The notes below the pieces were generated by a model. The model ran no database searches and was not told the DNA's origin. It was given only the letters and a program-made list of their open reading frames with translations. From Nemertoderma westbladi (taxonomy: Eukaryota; Animalia; Xenacoelomorpha): a stretch of 64,000 bases of DNA. Below are positions 9,973 to 21,500 of the stretch, in pieces (position 1 is the stretch's first letter; the number at the start of each line of letters is the position of its first letter). Location: NCBI GenBank assembly GCA_032718475.1, contig JAUCBJ010007578.1, positions 1 through 64,000 of the forward strand. Direction: 5' to 3'. A program made the translations under genes and the position numbers.

Positions 9973-12900
9973 ATTGGCCTGATGGCTACAGCTGTTATTG
10001 AAAAGCGTAAATAATTTGTTTTGCCGCGATCCGGTGTTCCGAATATTGAAACTTTTTGGCTGTAGCTAGGTGCGCAAAGGGTCCGGATATTCTCCTGGGA
10101 TATCCACCCTCAGGCTGTCAACCATAGGGAGCCCTCGGGCCGCCTTTGGGCTAATTTGTGCACTGACCACTGCGGACGACTATAAGTTTTGGCGAAATCC
10201 CGACTTATATACAAATATTCTGCTAAGAATAAGCGTAATCACGAAGCGAAGTCCGAAGTCACGGGACTGACTCCCTTAGTCAGGAACTTTCATCTCAAGT
10301 TTTGAGATAATATACGGAAAACCAACCATAGCCGCTGTGAAGCGGCGTATCCTACGGACCGGAAACGATAACCGGGAGCTATTCACTTTGCCCAACGTGG
10401 GTAAACCACAAGCAAAAACTTGTATACAGCCCAGCCTCTGCTGGGCCCCCCACGATAAAAAGGGAACACCGAGAGCCTTTCGGAAAGACCACACCGTATA
10501 GAGACGTAAAGAGAGACTGAACAAAAACGTGAGACGATGTCTAGCGAGAAGGACGAGGACCTGGTGAGCCCAACACCACCTCCCCTGAGTCAAACTGCGT
10601 TACCAATACCATGTAGCTGGTGCAACACACGTTGGAAGTCCAAAGCTTCAATGTCGAAGCATGCGAGGAAACGCCACCCTACCGAGTACTGCCTTGTAAA
10701 CCTCACTTCTGACAACCAGCCCAGGTGGCTGGACGAAGATGTATGGCGTCTCGCCAACGCCGAGGCAAAGCTGCCACTAGCTCAAAGAGAAAAGAGAATC
10801 AACATCCGCCTGCTGGAGCTCGGGCTTTTCCCTGGGCGAACCATTGATGGAATCAAAGGGATTAGACGTTCGGCAAGGTACAGGAGCCAGTTACGGGAGC
10901 TGGACCTGGCCCGCGAGAGACAAAAGGGGCAGAGAACCCCTCCCCTCATCTCATCTAGCTGCCCCGATACGGAAACGCGTCAAACCGATGAAGAGGTGGA
11001 ACCGCTCCCCTCAACGGATCCCAGAAATGGGTCAACCACCGCACGGTGGTCCCTGCGTGAAGTCCAAATTGCAGCACGAGTAGAAGCGGGTTTGGAAAGA
11101 AGCGGACACAAGCCACACATTGCAGAACAGATAGAGGCATCTGGGCTCCTACCAGGACGGACCCTGGCCGCGATAAGGACCCAGCGACGATCCAAGCGAT
11201 ACAGGGAAGCACTCCAGCATTTCCTATGCGCCGGCACAGACACCAATAAGTCTTCCGAGTCTGAAGAGGAGCCGCCTGATGGCGCCACCCCAACCGATGA
11301 CCTTCCGCAGAGAGACCTAAACCGCAAGCGCTGGTCCCAGGCTGACATATACCTCATTGCCGCGAATGAGGCACAGCTTGGGCTCCACCCTCGAGCCCCA
11401 TCCCTGTCTGAGAGGCTCTATACAATGGCTATCCTCCCAGGCAGGTCGCTAACAGCCATTAAGAGCTTGCGCCGGAGACGAGATTACAAAGGTAGAGTTG
11501 AGGAGATAAAAGCAGATATTGCTGCAGCGAACGGAACAGCATCCTCCAGTGATGAAGCCCAAACTAGGTGGATGAAACGCAAAGCCTATAGGAAAAGATA
11601 TCGTGAGTTTCCTCCCTCTAGTGACGAGGAACAGGAAACACCCACACAGTCAAAGCCAAGGAGAAAAAGGAAAACTAGGACTAAAGTTACGGCCTCTCCT
11701 ATCGAAACAGATGATGCAAACGATGGCTACAGCAGTTACTCCTGCTATAGCAACAAAGCGCAACCCACTAGCGAAAGCAGCTCAAGTAATGAAGACGTTC
11801 ACGAGGTAACGATATTATATCGAGAATCCGCACAAGTGGCACCCAATCCTTCGGTTGTCACAGAAGGGGCAGATCTACCCAGCCCAGCATGTGGAAGTCC
11901 ACGAACACCAGGAACACCGAGCCAATGGAGTGGTCCAAATGAATCTGCTGATCTGACTCTCCAACAAAGCCTGGATGATTCCATCTACGAGACTCCTGTG
12001 GGAAACGAAAGGACATTCATTCAAACACAGCAGCCAAATGCCTTGATTAGCGACTCTGCCCACCTACAGCCTGCACAGCTATTCACTGCTACAGGTAACT
12101 GGGCTTCTGATGAGAGTCTGGAAGCCGCAGAGATGGAGACCACAGATAGGGATGAAAGGGATCAAGCGGAAACTAATTGGATAGAATGGCACAAAACGTT
12201 CTTTGAAACGTCCCCGATGCGAAACCATCCTATGGTGCAACATGTATTGAACGACCACAACACTCTGTCAGAAGCGACCAAGGCGTCCATCGAGACATCC
12301 TTTGAGGAGCTAATTGCCCCCTTTGAGCCGAAGGCACGCGCATTGCCTATACGTCCGAACCATAGACCCCCACCTGACAGCTCACCGAACAAAGTAAAGA
12401 GAAGGTATTACTACCGTAAGGTACAGTCCTTACTCAAGAAGAATCGAAAGCGATGTATAGAAGCGGTAATAAAAGGTACTTGGGATAAAGAGACGCGGCC
12501 CATGAACCTCGAGAGCGTGTCCCCTTACTGGACTGCGAAATTCGGAACCCAAAGCGCACCTGACAATAGGGAAGCCACCCCGGTAAACCGTATCTGTTGG
12601 GAGTTGATCTCACCAGTCGAACCGAAAGAAGTCAAAGCAGAGATCAGACGCATGAGTCCATCGAGTCCTGGCCTAGATGGCATATGCCTCAGCCACCTAA
12701 AGAAGATCCCTGTGGACCTTCTAGCTGCACATTTCAATACCTGGCTACTAGCTGGTTACCAACCATGCCGACTACGACAAGGCGTAACAATCCTAATTCC
12801 GAAGGTCGAAGTACCCACGCTAGCAGAGCAACATAGGCCAATAACTATGAGTAGTATGGTTATCAGATTGCTACACAGAATGATAGCAAGGCGAATGGAA

Positions 12901-15070
12901 GCGTGTATAGAAATTGGAAAAAGACAGAAGGGATTCCTGACTGGCGATGGATGCCGCGACAATATCTGGCTCCTGAGATCCATGCTTAAGAAAGCAACCA
13001 CGGCCCCTTCGCAGATGTGCCTAGCGTTCATAGATGTATCCAAAGCGTTCGATAGCGTGTCACACGACTCTCTGATGAGAGCAGCGACGAGGTTAGGTGT
13101 ACCTCACCGATTCATTCGCTACATGCGATACCTCTACACCAACTCCACAACGAGGTTACGAGTAATGGGCGAAACAGGGGATCCCCTGCCTATAAATCAG
13201 GGAGTCAAGCAAGGAGACCCCCTGTCATCATGGTTCTTTCTCATGGTAATGGACTGGGGACTCTCTCACCTGGAAGGAGGCATAGGAGTACGGCTTCGCT
13301 TTACCAATGGTAAGGGCGAAGTCGTAGTCAATCACGTAGCTTTTGCGGATGACATTGCGTTGGTAGCCTCAACACCCGATGGGCTACGAACAAACATGCA
13401 GAAGATCGAGACGGCACTTAGAAAGGCAGGGCTAACAATTAGCTCTGGGCCTACAGGGAAATCGGCCAGTCTCCAGATAAAGGTCCAGCCCAAGACCAAG
13501 AAGTGGATTGTTGACCCCACACCATTCCTTGTGGCCAACAACCAAGTGGTACCTGCATTGGGACTCCATGAGACATATAAGTACCTCGGGACGATGATGG
13601 GAGCCGAAGGTCCGCGAATTGATATAGAGGATCGCCTTATGAGAACACTAGGGAACGTATCGAAGGCGCCTCTCAAGCCACAACAGAGGCTAGCCATACT
13701 GAAGCAGAACATAATCCCCAGCATCTATCACCAGATGGTACTGGGCTGCCCCTCTAAAGGTCTACTAAAGGGGACAGACCGAGCGATAAGAGCGGCTGTA
13801 AGGGGATGGCTCAAGCTACCCCATGATACAACAGTGGCATATTTCCACGCTAACTGTAAGGATGGTGGCTTGGGTATCCCGGCGCTGGTCACGCAGATCC
13901 CTCATATGATGTCCAACAGACTCAAGCGGTTGATGGATTCAAAGGACGAAGCCCTATCATGGGTAGCTACAGAAGCGCCTTCTTTTAAGAAGACCTTGGA
14001 GCAGGCAACTAAGAGGCTAGTAATCGATGGAATGCCTCGTGAGAACAAGGCGGCAGTGAGGGAAGTATGGCGCACGAGGCTGTACGAGTCCGTTGACGGT
14101 AAAGGGCTGATTGAGGCCACAAACAGCCCCGAGACACAGCGGTGGATCGCCGAACCCCCAACGTGGATTCCATCAAAGGAGTGGCTGGGAATGCTTCACC
14201 TCCGAGGAGGCCTGCTGTACAATAAAGAACGAAACTCGCGCGGAGAGGCAAGACGCAACATATCATCAGCCTGTGATGCTTGCGGGCAGAAAGAATCGTT
14301 AGGACACATACTGCAAGTATGCCCACGAACGGCGCTTGAGCGCAACAGACGCCACGGTAGAGTTGAGAAGCTGCTCAGCGAACAGCTTCGCTACCGTGGC
14401 TACGAAGTCCTGACAGCGCCGACGATTAACACATCCGAAGGGAAGCGCGCACCGGATATAGTGGCTTATAAGGATGGTGAGATAAACATACTGGACGTCC
14501 AAGTATGTGGAGATGGCCCCGGTTTCACCAGAGCGGCATACAGTCGCAAAGTGTCATACTACAGGAAGGACGAGATAAAGGACTGGTGCAGAAGACGCTT
14601 CAATAACCCAGAGGCTCCTGTACTAGTATCGGCCTGTATATTAACACACAGAGGAACAATGGGACCCGACTCGGTCAAAGCCCTCAAAGACCTGGGGCTT
14701 AAGGGAGGTAACCTCAACCTGCTATCAACAAGGGTTCTTGGCGAAGGATGGCGCACCTGGAAGGCCTTTCACGCAGGCACATCCACTTACGGCGGACGCC
14801 TGCAAATCTAACTCTCGAGAGACTCTATAACGAAAGACTCATATACTCGTGTCCCAAGCCCTACAACAGAGGGGGTTTAAACAAACTCTGGAATGAGCCA
14901 TACGATAAAGAGCACTTATTGGATTAACCATACATCAATCATACTGTAGGTCTACAGTAGGATAAAGTCAGTTTATATTATAAAGTGTTATTACTGGTAT
15001 ATTGGTTTATATGTTACTATCTTGTAAAGTTAATTGTGTTAAGTGCATTATATATATATATGGTATGGCG

Positions 15071-15149
<79 letters not shown>
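9973..15149 (+). mobile_element. R2: Full-length R2 non-LTR retrotransposon at the canonical 28S R2 site
   Basis: 5' junction follows ...ACTATGACTCTCT (target TAAGG deleted). 3' end is a 79-nt poly(A) (15071-15149) joined to TAGCCAAATGCC. Single long RT/RLE ORF; 564-nt 5' UTR and about 260-nt 3' UTR. Confidence 0.97.
10537..14811 (+). CDS. R2 protein: C2H2 zinc finger, 3x Myb-like, reverse transcriptase, CCHC knuckle, restriction-like endonuclease
   Basis: 1424 aa with no stops. CSWC-x12-HARKRH finger; RT motifs HRPIT, QKGF, FIDVSKAFDSVSH, GVKQGDPLS, AFADD, YKYLG; CDAC-x7-HILQVC; RRH; PDIV...ILDV RLE core; RKVSYY. Confidence 0.97.
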   Translation: MSSEKDEDLVSPTPPPLSQTALPIPCSWCNTRWKSKASMSKHARKRHPTEYCLVNLTSDNQPRWLDEDVWRLANAEAKLPLAQREKRINIRLLELGLFPGRTIDGIKGIRRSARYRSQLRELDLARERQKGQRTPPLISSSCPDTETRQTDEEVEPLPSTDPRNGSTTARWSLREVQIAARVEAGLERSGHKPHIAEQIEASGLLPGRTLAAIRTQRRSKRYREALQHFLCAGTDTNKSSESEEEPPDGATPTDDLPQRDLNRKRWSQADIYLIAANEAQLGLHPRAPSLSERLYTMAILPGRSLTAIKSLRRRRDYKGRVEEIKADIAAANGTASSSDEAQTRWMKRKAYRKRYREFPPSSDEEQETPTQSKPRRKRKTRTKVTASPIETDDANDGYSSYSCYSNKAQPTSESSSSNEDVHEVTILYRESAQVAPNPSVVTEGADLPSPACGSPRTPGTPSQWSGPNESADLTLQQSLDDSIYETPVGNERTFIQTQQPNALISDSAHLQPAQLFTATGNWASDESLEAAEMETTDRDERDQAETNWIEWHKTFFETSPMRNHPMVQHVLNDHNTLSEATKASIETSFEELIAPFEPKARALPIRPNHRPPPDSSPNKVKRRYYYRKVQSLLKKNRKRCIEAVIKGTWDKETRPMNLESVSPYWTAKFGTQSAPDNREATPVNRICWELISPVEPKEVKAEIRRMSPSSPGLDGICLSHLKKIPVDLLAAHFNTWLLAGYQPCRLRQGVTILIPKVEVPTLAEQHRPITMSSMVIRLLHRMIARRMEACIEIGKRQKGFLTGDGCRDNIWLLRSMLKKATTAPSQMCLAFIDVSKAFDSVSHDSLMRAATRLGVPHRFIRYMRYLYTNSTTRLRVMGETGDPLPINQGVKQGDPLSSWFFLMVMDWGLSHLEGGIGVRLRFTNGKGEVVVNHVAFADDIALVASTPDGLRTNMQKIETALRKAGLTISSGPTGKSASLQIKVQPKTKKWIVDPTPFLVANNQVVPALGLHETYKYLGTMMGAEGPRIDIEDRLMRTLGNVSKAPLKPQQRLAILKQNIIPSIYHQMVLGCPSKGLLKGTDRAIRAAVRGWLKLPHDTTVAYFHANCKDGGLGIPALVTQIPHMMSNRLKRLMDSKDEALSWVATEAPSFKKTLEQATKRLVIDGMPRENKAAVREVWRTRLYESVDGKGLIEATNSPETQRWIAEPPTWIPSKEWLGMLHLRGGLLYNKERNSRGEARRNISSACDACGQKESLGHILQVCPRTALERNRRHGRVEKLLSEQLRYRGYEVLTAPTINTSEGKRAPDIVAYKDGEINILDVQVCGDGPGFTRAAYSRKVSYYRKDEIKDWCRRRFNNPEAPVLVSACILTHRGTMGPDSVKALKDLGLKGGNLNLLSTRVLGEGWRTWKAFHAGTSTYGGRLQI

Positions 15150-15151
<2 letters not shown>

Positions 15152-15290
15152 GCCAAATGCCTCGCCATCTAATTAGTGGCGCGCATGAATGGATGAACGA
15201 GATTCCCACTGTCCCTATCTACTATCTAGCGAAACCGCAGCCAAGGGAACGGACTTGGCAGAATCAGCGGGGAAAGAAGACCCTGTTGAG
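15150..15290 (+). rRNA. 28S rRNA: 28S rRNA unit 1, segment 2 (141 bp between R2 and the giant insertion)
   Basis: TAGCCAAATGCCTCG...GGGGAAAGAAGACCCTGTTGAG; matches 52130-52270. Confidence 0.97.
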
Positions 15291-15296
15291 GTTGAC

Positions 15297-15360
15297 TCGG
15301 GATGACGGCATCCCCGAACGGGGATGCCGTCATCCCCGTTGGGGATGACAGTCATCCCGA
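15297..15360. repeat. Left subterminal cluster of GGGATGACGGCATCCC palindromes (insertion 1)
   Basis: CGGGATGACGGCATCCCCG, CGGGGATGCCGTCATCCCCG and GGGGATGACAGTCATCCCG in tandem. Confidence 0.9.
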
Positions 15361-15589
15361 AACTATTTATGTAATTATTTGCATAAAATTTGTGATATAG
15401 GGGTATTCCTGGGTGGAGATTTCATTTCTAATGCTGGTTTTCACTTTTGATATCGTCTGGACTGTCTGTTTGTCTGTCTGTCTGTCTTTCTATATTATTC
15501 TGTCTACCAGTTGTTTGTCATGAAATCATTTTATAATATATACAATTTTTAATAAGTGTTATTTGATTTGTGGTTAAGTTTAATACCTT

Positions 15590-18500
15590 AAATTTCTGTC
15601 AACTTGTGGTTTAATTGTTTGTAATAATGTAGGTCAGTATTAACCTTATGTGACATGAACACGATTTGAGATTGGGGATGACAGCATCCCTAAATCTAGA
15701 TTCACCCCAAATTTCTGTCAACTTGAGGTTGGCACTAGTGAAATATATTGTAATAAGTAGGTCTAACCTTAACCCCAACTACCTTATGCGACATGAACAC
15801 AATTTGAATCTAGAATTGGGGATGTCAGCATCCCTAAATCTAGATTCACCTCAAATTTTTGTCAACTTGAGGTTGGTACTAGTGAAATAGTTTATAATAA
15901 TGTAGGTCACTATTAACCTTAACCACAACTACCTTATGTGACATAATCAAGATTTGAGTCTAGAATTGGGGATGACTGCATCCCTAATTCTAGATTCACC
16001 TCAAATTTCTGTCAACTTGAAATTGGTACTAATGAAATAGTTTGTAATAATGTAGGTCAGTATTAACCTTAACCACAACTACATTATGTGACATGAACAC
16101 GATTTGAGTCTAGAATTGGGGATGACTGCATCCCTAATTCTAGATTCACCTCAAATTTCTGTCAACTTGAAATTGGTACTAATGAAATAGTTTGTAATAA
16201 TGTAGGTCAGTATTAACCTTAACCACAACTACCTTATGTGACATAATCAAGATTTGAGTCTAGAATTGGGGATGACTGCATCCCTAATTCTAGATTCACC
16301 TCAAATTTCTGTCAACTTGAAATTGGTACTAATGAAATAGTTTGTAATAATGTAGGTCAGTATTAACCTTAACCACAACTACCTTATGTGACATGAACAC
16401 GATTTGAGTCTAGAATTGGGGATGACTGCATCCCTAATTCTAGATTCACCTCAAATTTCTGTCAACTTGAAATTGGTACTAATGAAATAGTTTGTAATAA
16501 TGTAGGTCACTATTAACCTTAACCACAACTACCTTATGTGACATAATCAAGATTTGAGTCTAGAATTGGGGATGACTGCATCCCTAATTCTAGATTCACC
16601 TCAAATTTCTGTCAACTTGAAATTGGTACTAGTGAAATAGTTTGTAATAATGTAGGTCAGTATTAACCTTAACCACAACTACCTTATGTGACATGAACAC
16701 GATTTGAGTCTAGAATTGGGGATGACAGCATCCCTAAATCTAGATTCACCTCAAATTTATGTCAACTTTAGGTTGGTACTAGTGAAATAGTTTGTAATAA
16801 TGTAGGTCAGTATTAACCTTAACCACAACTACCTTATGTGACAAGAACACAATTTGAGTCTAGAATTGGGGATGTCAGCATCCCTAAATCTAGATTCACC
16901 TCAAATTTATGTCAACTTTAGGTTGGTACTAGTGAAATAGTTTGTAATAATGTAGGTCAGTATTAACCTTAACCACAACTACCTTATGTGACATGAACAC
17001 AATTTGAGTCTAGAATTGGGGATGTCAGCATCCCTAAATCTAGATTCACCTCAAATTTATGTCAACTTTAGGTTGGTACTAGTGAAATAGTTTGTAATAA
17101 TGTAGGTCAGTATTAACCTTAACCACAACTACCTTATGTGACATGAACACAATTTGAGTCTAGAATTGGGGATGTCAGCATCCCTAAATCTAGATTCACC
17201 TCAAATTTATGTCAACTTTAGGTTGGTACTAGTGAAATAGTTTGTAATAATGTAGGTCAGTATTAACCTTAACCACAACTACCTTATGTGACAAGAACAC
17301 GATATGAGTCTAGAATTGGGGGGGAACAGGGGATGATACCAATCTCAAGTTGACACGAAAATGAGTTGAACCTAAAGTTAGGGATGATGTCATCCCCAAT
17401 TATAGATTCATCTCAATTTCGTGTCAACTTGAGGTTGGTACTAGTGAAATAGTTTGTCATAATGTAGGTCAGTATTAACCTTAACCACAACTACCTTATG
17501 TGACATGAACACAGTTTGAGTCTAGAATTGGGGATGACAGCATCCCTAATTCTAGATTCACCTCAAATTTCTGTCAACTTGAGGTTGGCACTAGTGAAAT
17601 AGTTTGTAATAATGTAGGTCAGTATTAACCTTAACCACAACTACCTTATGTGACATGAACACGATTTGAGTCTAGAATTGGGGGGGGGGGGGGGGGGGCA
17701 GGGGATCATACCAACCTCAAGTTGACACAAAAATGAGTTGAACCTAAAGTTAGGGATGATGTCATCCCCAATTATAGATTCATCTCATTTTCGTGTCAAC
17801 TTGAGTTTGGTACTAGTGAAATAGTTTGTAATAATGTAGGTCAGTATTAACCTTAACCACAACTACCTTATGTGATATGAAAACAATTTGAGTCTAGAAT
17901 TGGGGATGACAGCATCCCTAATTCTAGATTCACCTCAAATTTCTGTCAACTTGAGTTTGGTACTAGTGAAATAGTTTGTAATAATGTAGGTCAGTATTAA
18001 CCTTAACCACAACTACCTTATGTGACATGAAAACAATTTGAGTCTAGAATTGGGGATGACAGCATCCCTAATTCTAGATTCACCTCAAATTTCTGTCAAC
18101 TTGAGGTTGGTACTAGTGAAATAGTTTGTTATAATGTAGGTCAGTATTAACCTTAACCCCAACTACCTTATGTGACATGAACAAGATTTCAGTCTAGAAT
18201 TGGGGGGGAACAGGGGATGATACCAACCTCAAGTTAACACGAAAATGAGTTGAACCTAAAGTTAGGGATGATGTCATCCCCAATTGTAGATTCATCTCAT
18301 TTTCGTGTCAACTTGAGGTTGGTACTAGTGAAATAGTTTGTAATAATGTAGGTCAGTATTAACCTTAACCACAACTACCTTATGTGACATGAACACGATT
18401 TGAGTCTAGAATTGGGGATGACAGCATCCCTAAATCTAGATTCACCTCAAATTTCTGTCAACTTGAGTTTGGTACTAGTGAAATAGTTTGTAATAATGTA

Positions 18501-21500
18501 CGTCAGTATTAACCTGAACCACAACTACCTTATGTGACAAGAACACGACTTGAGTCTAGAATTGGGGGGGAACAGGGGATGATACCAACCTCAAGTTAAC
18601 ACTCAAGTTAGGGATGATGTCATCCCCAATTATAGATTCATCTCATTTTCGTGTCAACTTGAGGTTGGTACTAGTGAAATAGTTTGTAATAATGTAGGTC
18701 AGTATTAACCTTAACCACAACTACCTTATGTGACATGAACACGATTTGAGTCTAGAATTGGGGATGACAGCATCCCTAAATCTAGATTCACCTCAAATTT
18801 CTGTCAACTTGAGTTTGGTACTAGTGAAATAGTTTGTAATAATGTAGGTCAGTATTAACCTTAACCACAACTACCTTATGTGACATGAACACGATTTGAG
18901 TCTAGAATTGGGGATGACAGCATCCCTAATTCTAGATTCACCTCAAATTTCTGTCAACTTGAGGTTGGTACTAGTGAAATATTTTGTAATGATGTAGGTC
19001 AGTATTAACCTTAACCACAACTACCTTAAGTGACGTGAACACGATTTGAGTCTAGAGTTGGGGATGACAGCATCCCTAATTCTAGATTCACCACAAATTT
19101 CTGTCAACTTGAGTTTAGTACTAGTGAAATAGTTTGTAATAATGTAGGTCAGTATTAACCTTAACCCCAACTACCTTATGTGACATGAACACAATTTGAG
19201 TCTAGAATTGGGGATGTCAGCATCCCTAAATCTAGATTCACCTCAAATTTATGTCAACTTTAGGTTGGTACTAGTGAAATAGTTTGTAATAATGTAGGTC
19301 AGTATTAACCTTAACCATAACTACCTTATGTGACAAGAACACGACTTGAGTCTAGAATTGGGGGGGAACAGGGGATGATACCAACATCAAGTTAACACTC
19401 AAGTTAGGGATGATGTCATCCCCAATTATAGATTCATCTCATTTTTGTGTTAACTTGAGGTTGGTACTAGTGAAATAGTTTGTAATAATGTAGGTCAGTA
19501 TTAACCTTAACCACAACTACCTTATGTGACATGAAAACAATTTGAGTCTAGAATTGGGGATGACAGCATCCCTAATTCTAGATTCACCTCGAATTTCTGT
19601 CAACTTGAGGTTGGTACTAGTGAAATAGTTTGTAATAATGTAGGTCAGTATTAACCTTAACCACAACTACCTTATGTGACATGAACACGATTTGAGTCTA
19701 GAATTGGGGATGACAGCATCCCTAAATCTAGATTCACCTCAAATTTCTGTCAACTTGAGGTTGGTACTAGTGAAATAGTTTGTAATAATGTAGGTCAGTA
19801 TTAACCTGAACCACAACTACCTTATGTGACATGAACACGATTTGAGTCTAGAATTGGGGATGACAGCATCCCTAATTCTAGATTCACCTCAAATTTCTGT
19901 CATCTTGAGGTTGGTACTAGTGAAATAGTTTGTAATAATGTACGTCAGTATTAACCTGAACCACAACTACCTTATGTGACAAGAACACGACTTGAGTCTA
20001 GAATTGGGGGGGAACAGGGGATGATACCAACCTCAAGTTAACACTCAAGTTAGGGATGATGTCATCCCCAATTATAGATTCATCTCAATTTCGTGTCAAC
20101 TTGAGGTTGGTACTAGTGAAATAGTTTGTAATAATGTAGGTCAGTATTAACCTGAACCACAACTACCTTATGTGACATAAACACGATTTCAGTCTAGAAT
20201 TGGGGATGACAGCATCCCAAATCAAGATTCATTTCAAATGTCTGCCATCTTGAGGCTGGTACTAGTGAAATAGTTTGTAATAATGTAGGTTAGTATTAAC
20301 CTTAACCACAACTACCTTATGTGACAAGAACACGATTTGAGTCTAGAATTGGGGGGGAACAGGGGATGATACCAACCTCAAGTTAACACGAAAATGAGTT
20401 GAACCTAAAGTTAGGGATGATGTCATCCCCAATTATAGATTCATCTCATTTTCGTGTCAACTTGAGGTTGGTACTAGTGAAATAGTTTGTAATAATGTAG
20501 GTCAGTATTAACCTTAACCACAACTACCTTATGTGATATGAAAACAATTTGAGTCTAGAATTTGGGATGACAGCATCCCTAATTCTAGATTCACCTCAAA
20601 TTTCTGTCAACTTGAGTTTGGTACTAGTGAAATAGTTTGTAATAATGTACGTCAGTATTAACCTGAACCACAACTACCTTATGTGACATGAAAACAATTT
20701 GAGTCTAGAATTGGGGAGGACAGCATCCCTAATTCTAGATTCACCTCAAATTTCTGTCAACTTGAGGTTGGTACTAGTGAAATAGTTTGTTATAATGTAG
20801 GTCAGTATTAACCTTAACCCCAACTACCTTATGTGACAAGAACACGATTTGAGTCTAGAATTGGGGGGGAACAGGGGATGATACCAACCTCAAGTTAACA
20901 CGAAAATGAGTTGAACCTAAAGTTAGGGATGATGTCATCCCCAATTGTAGATTCATCTCATTTTCGTGTCAACTTTAGGTTGGTACTAGTGAAATAGTTT
21001 GTAATAATGTAGGTTAGTATTAACCTTAACCACAACTACCTTATGTGACAAGAACACGATTTGAGTCTAGAATTGGGGGGGGAACAGGGGATGATACCAA
21101 CCTCAAGTTAACACGAAAATGAGTTGAACCTAAAGTTAGGGATGATGTCATCCCCAATTATAGATTCATCTCATTTTCGTGTCAACTTGAGGTTGGTACT
21201 AGTGAAATAGTTTGTAATAATGTAGGTCAGTATTAACCTTAACCACAACTACCTTATAGACTAGACCTTATAGACCGAGACTAGATTTGGAGATGACAGC
21301 ATCCCTAATTCTAGATTCACCTCAAATTTATGTCAACTTGAGATTGGTACTAGTGAAATAGTTTGTAATAATGTAGGTCAGTATTAACCTTAATCACAAC
21401 TACCTTATAGACTAGACCTTATAGACCGAGACTAGATTTGGAGATGACAGCATCCCTAATTCTAGATTCACCTCAAATTTCTGTCAACTTGAGATTGGTA

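Noticed and set aside
9975-10012. Hammerhead ribozyme at R2 5' end (CTGATGG...GAAA)
   Set aside because: Core deviates from CUGANGA and I could not find the required flanking stems.
15043-15348. Poly-lysine ORF
   Set aside because: R2 poly(A) tail read into 28S.
15910-15935. TTAACCTTAACC as telomeric repeat
   Set aside because: Only two imperfect units per satellite monomer; no telomeric array.
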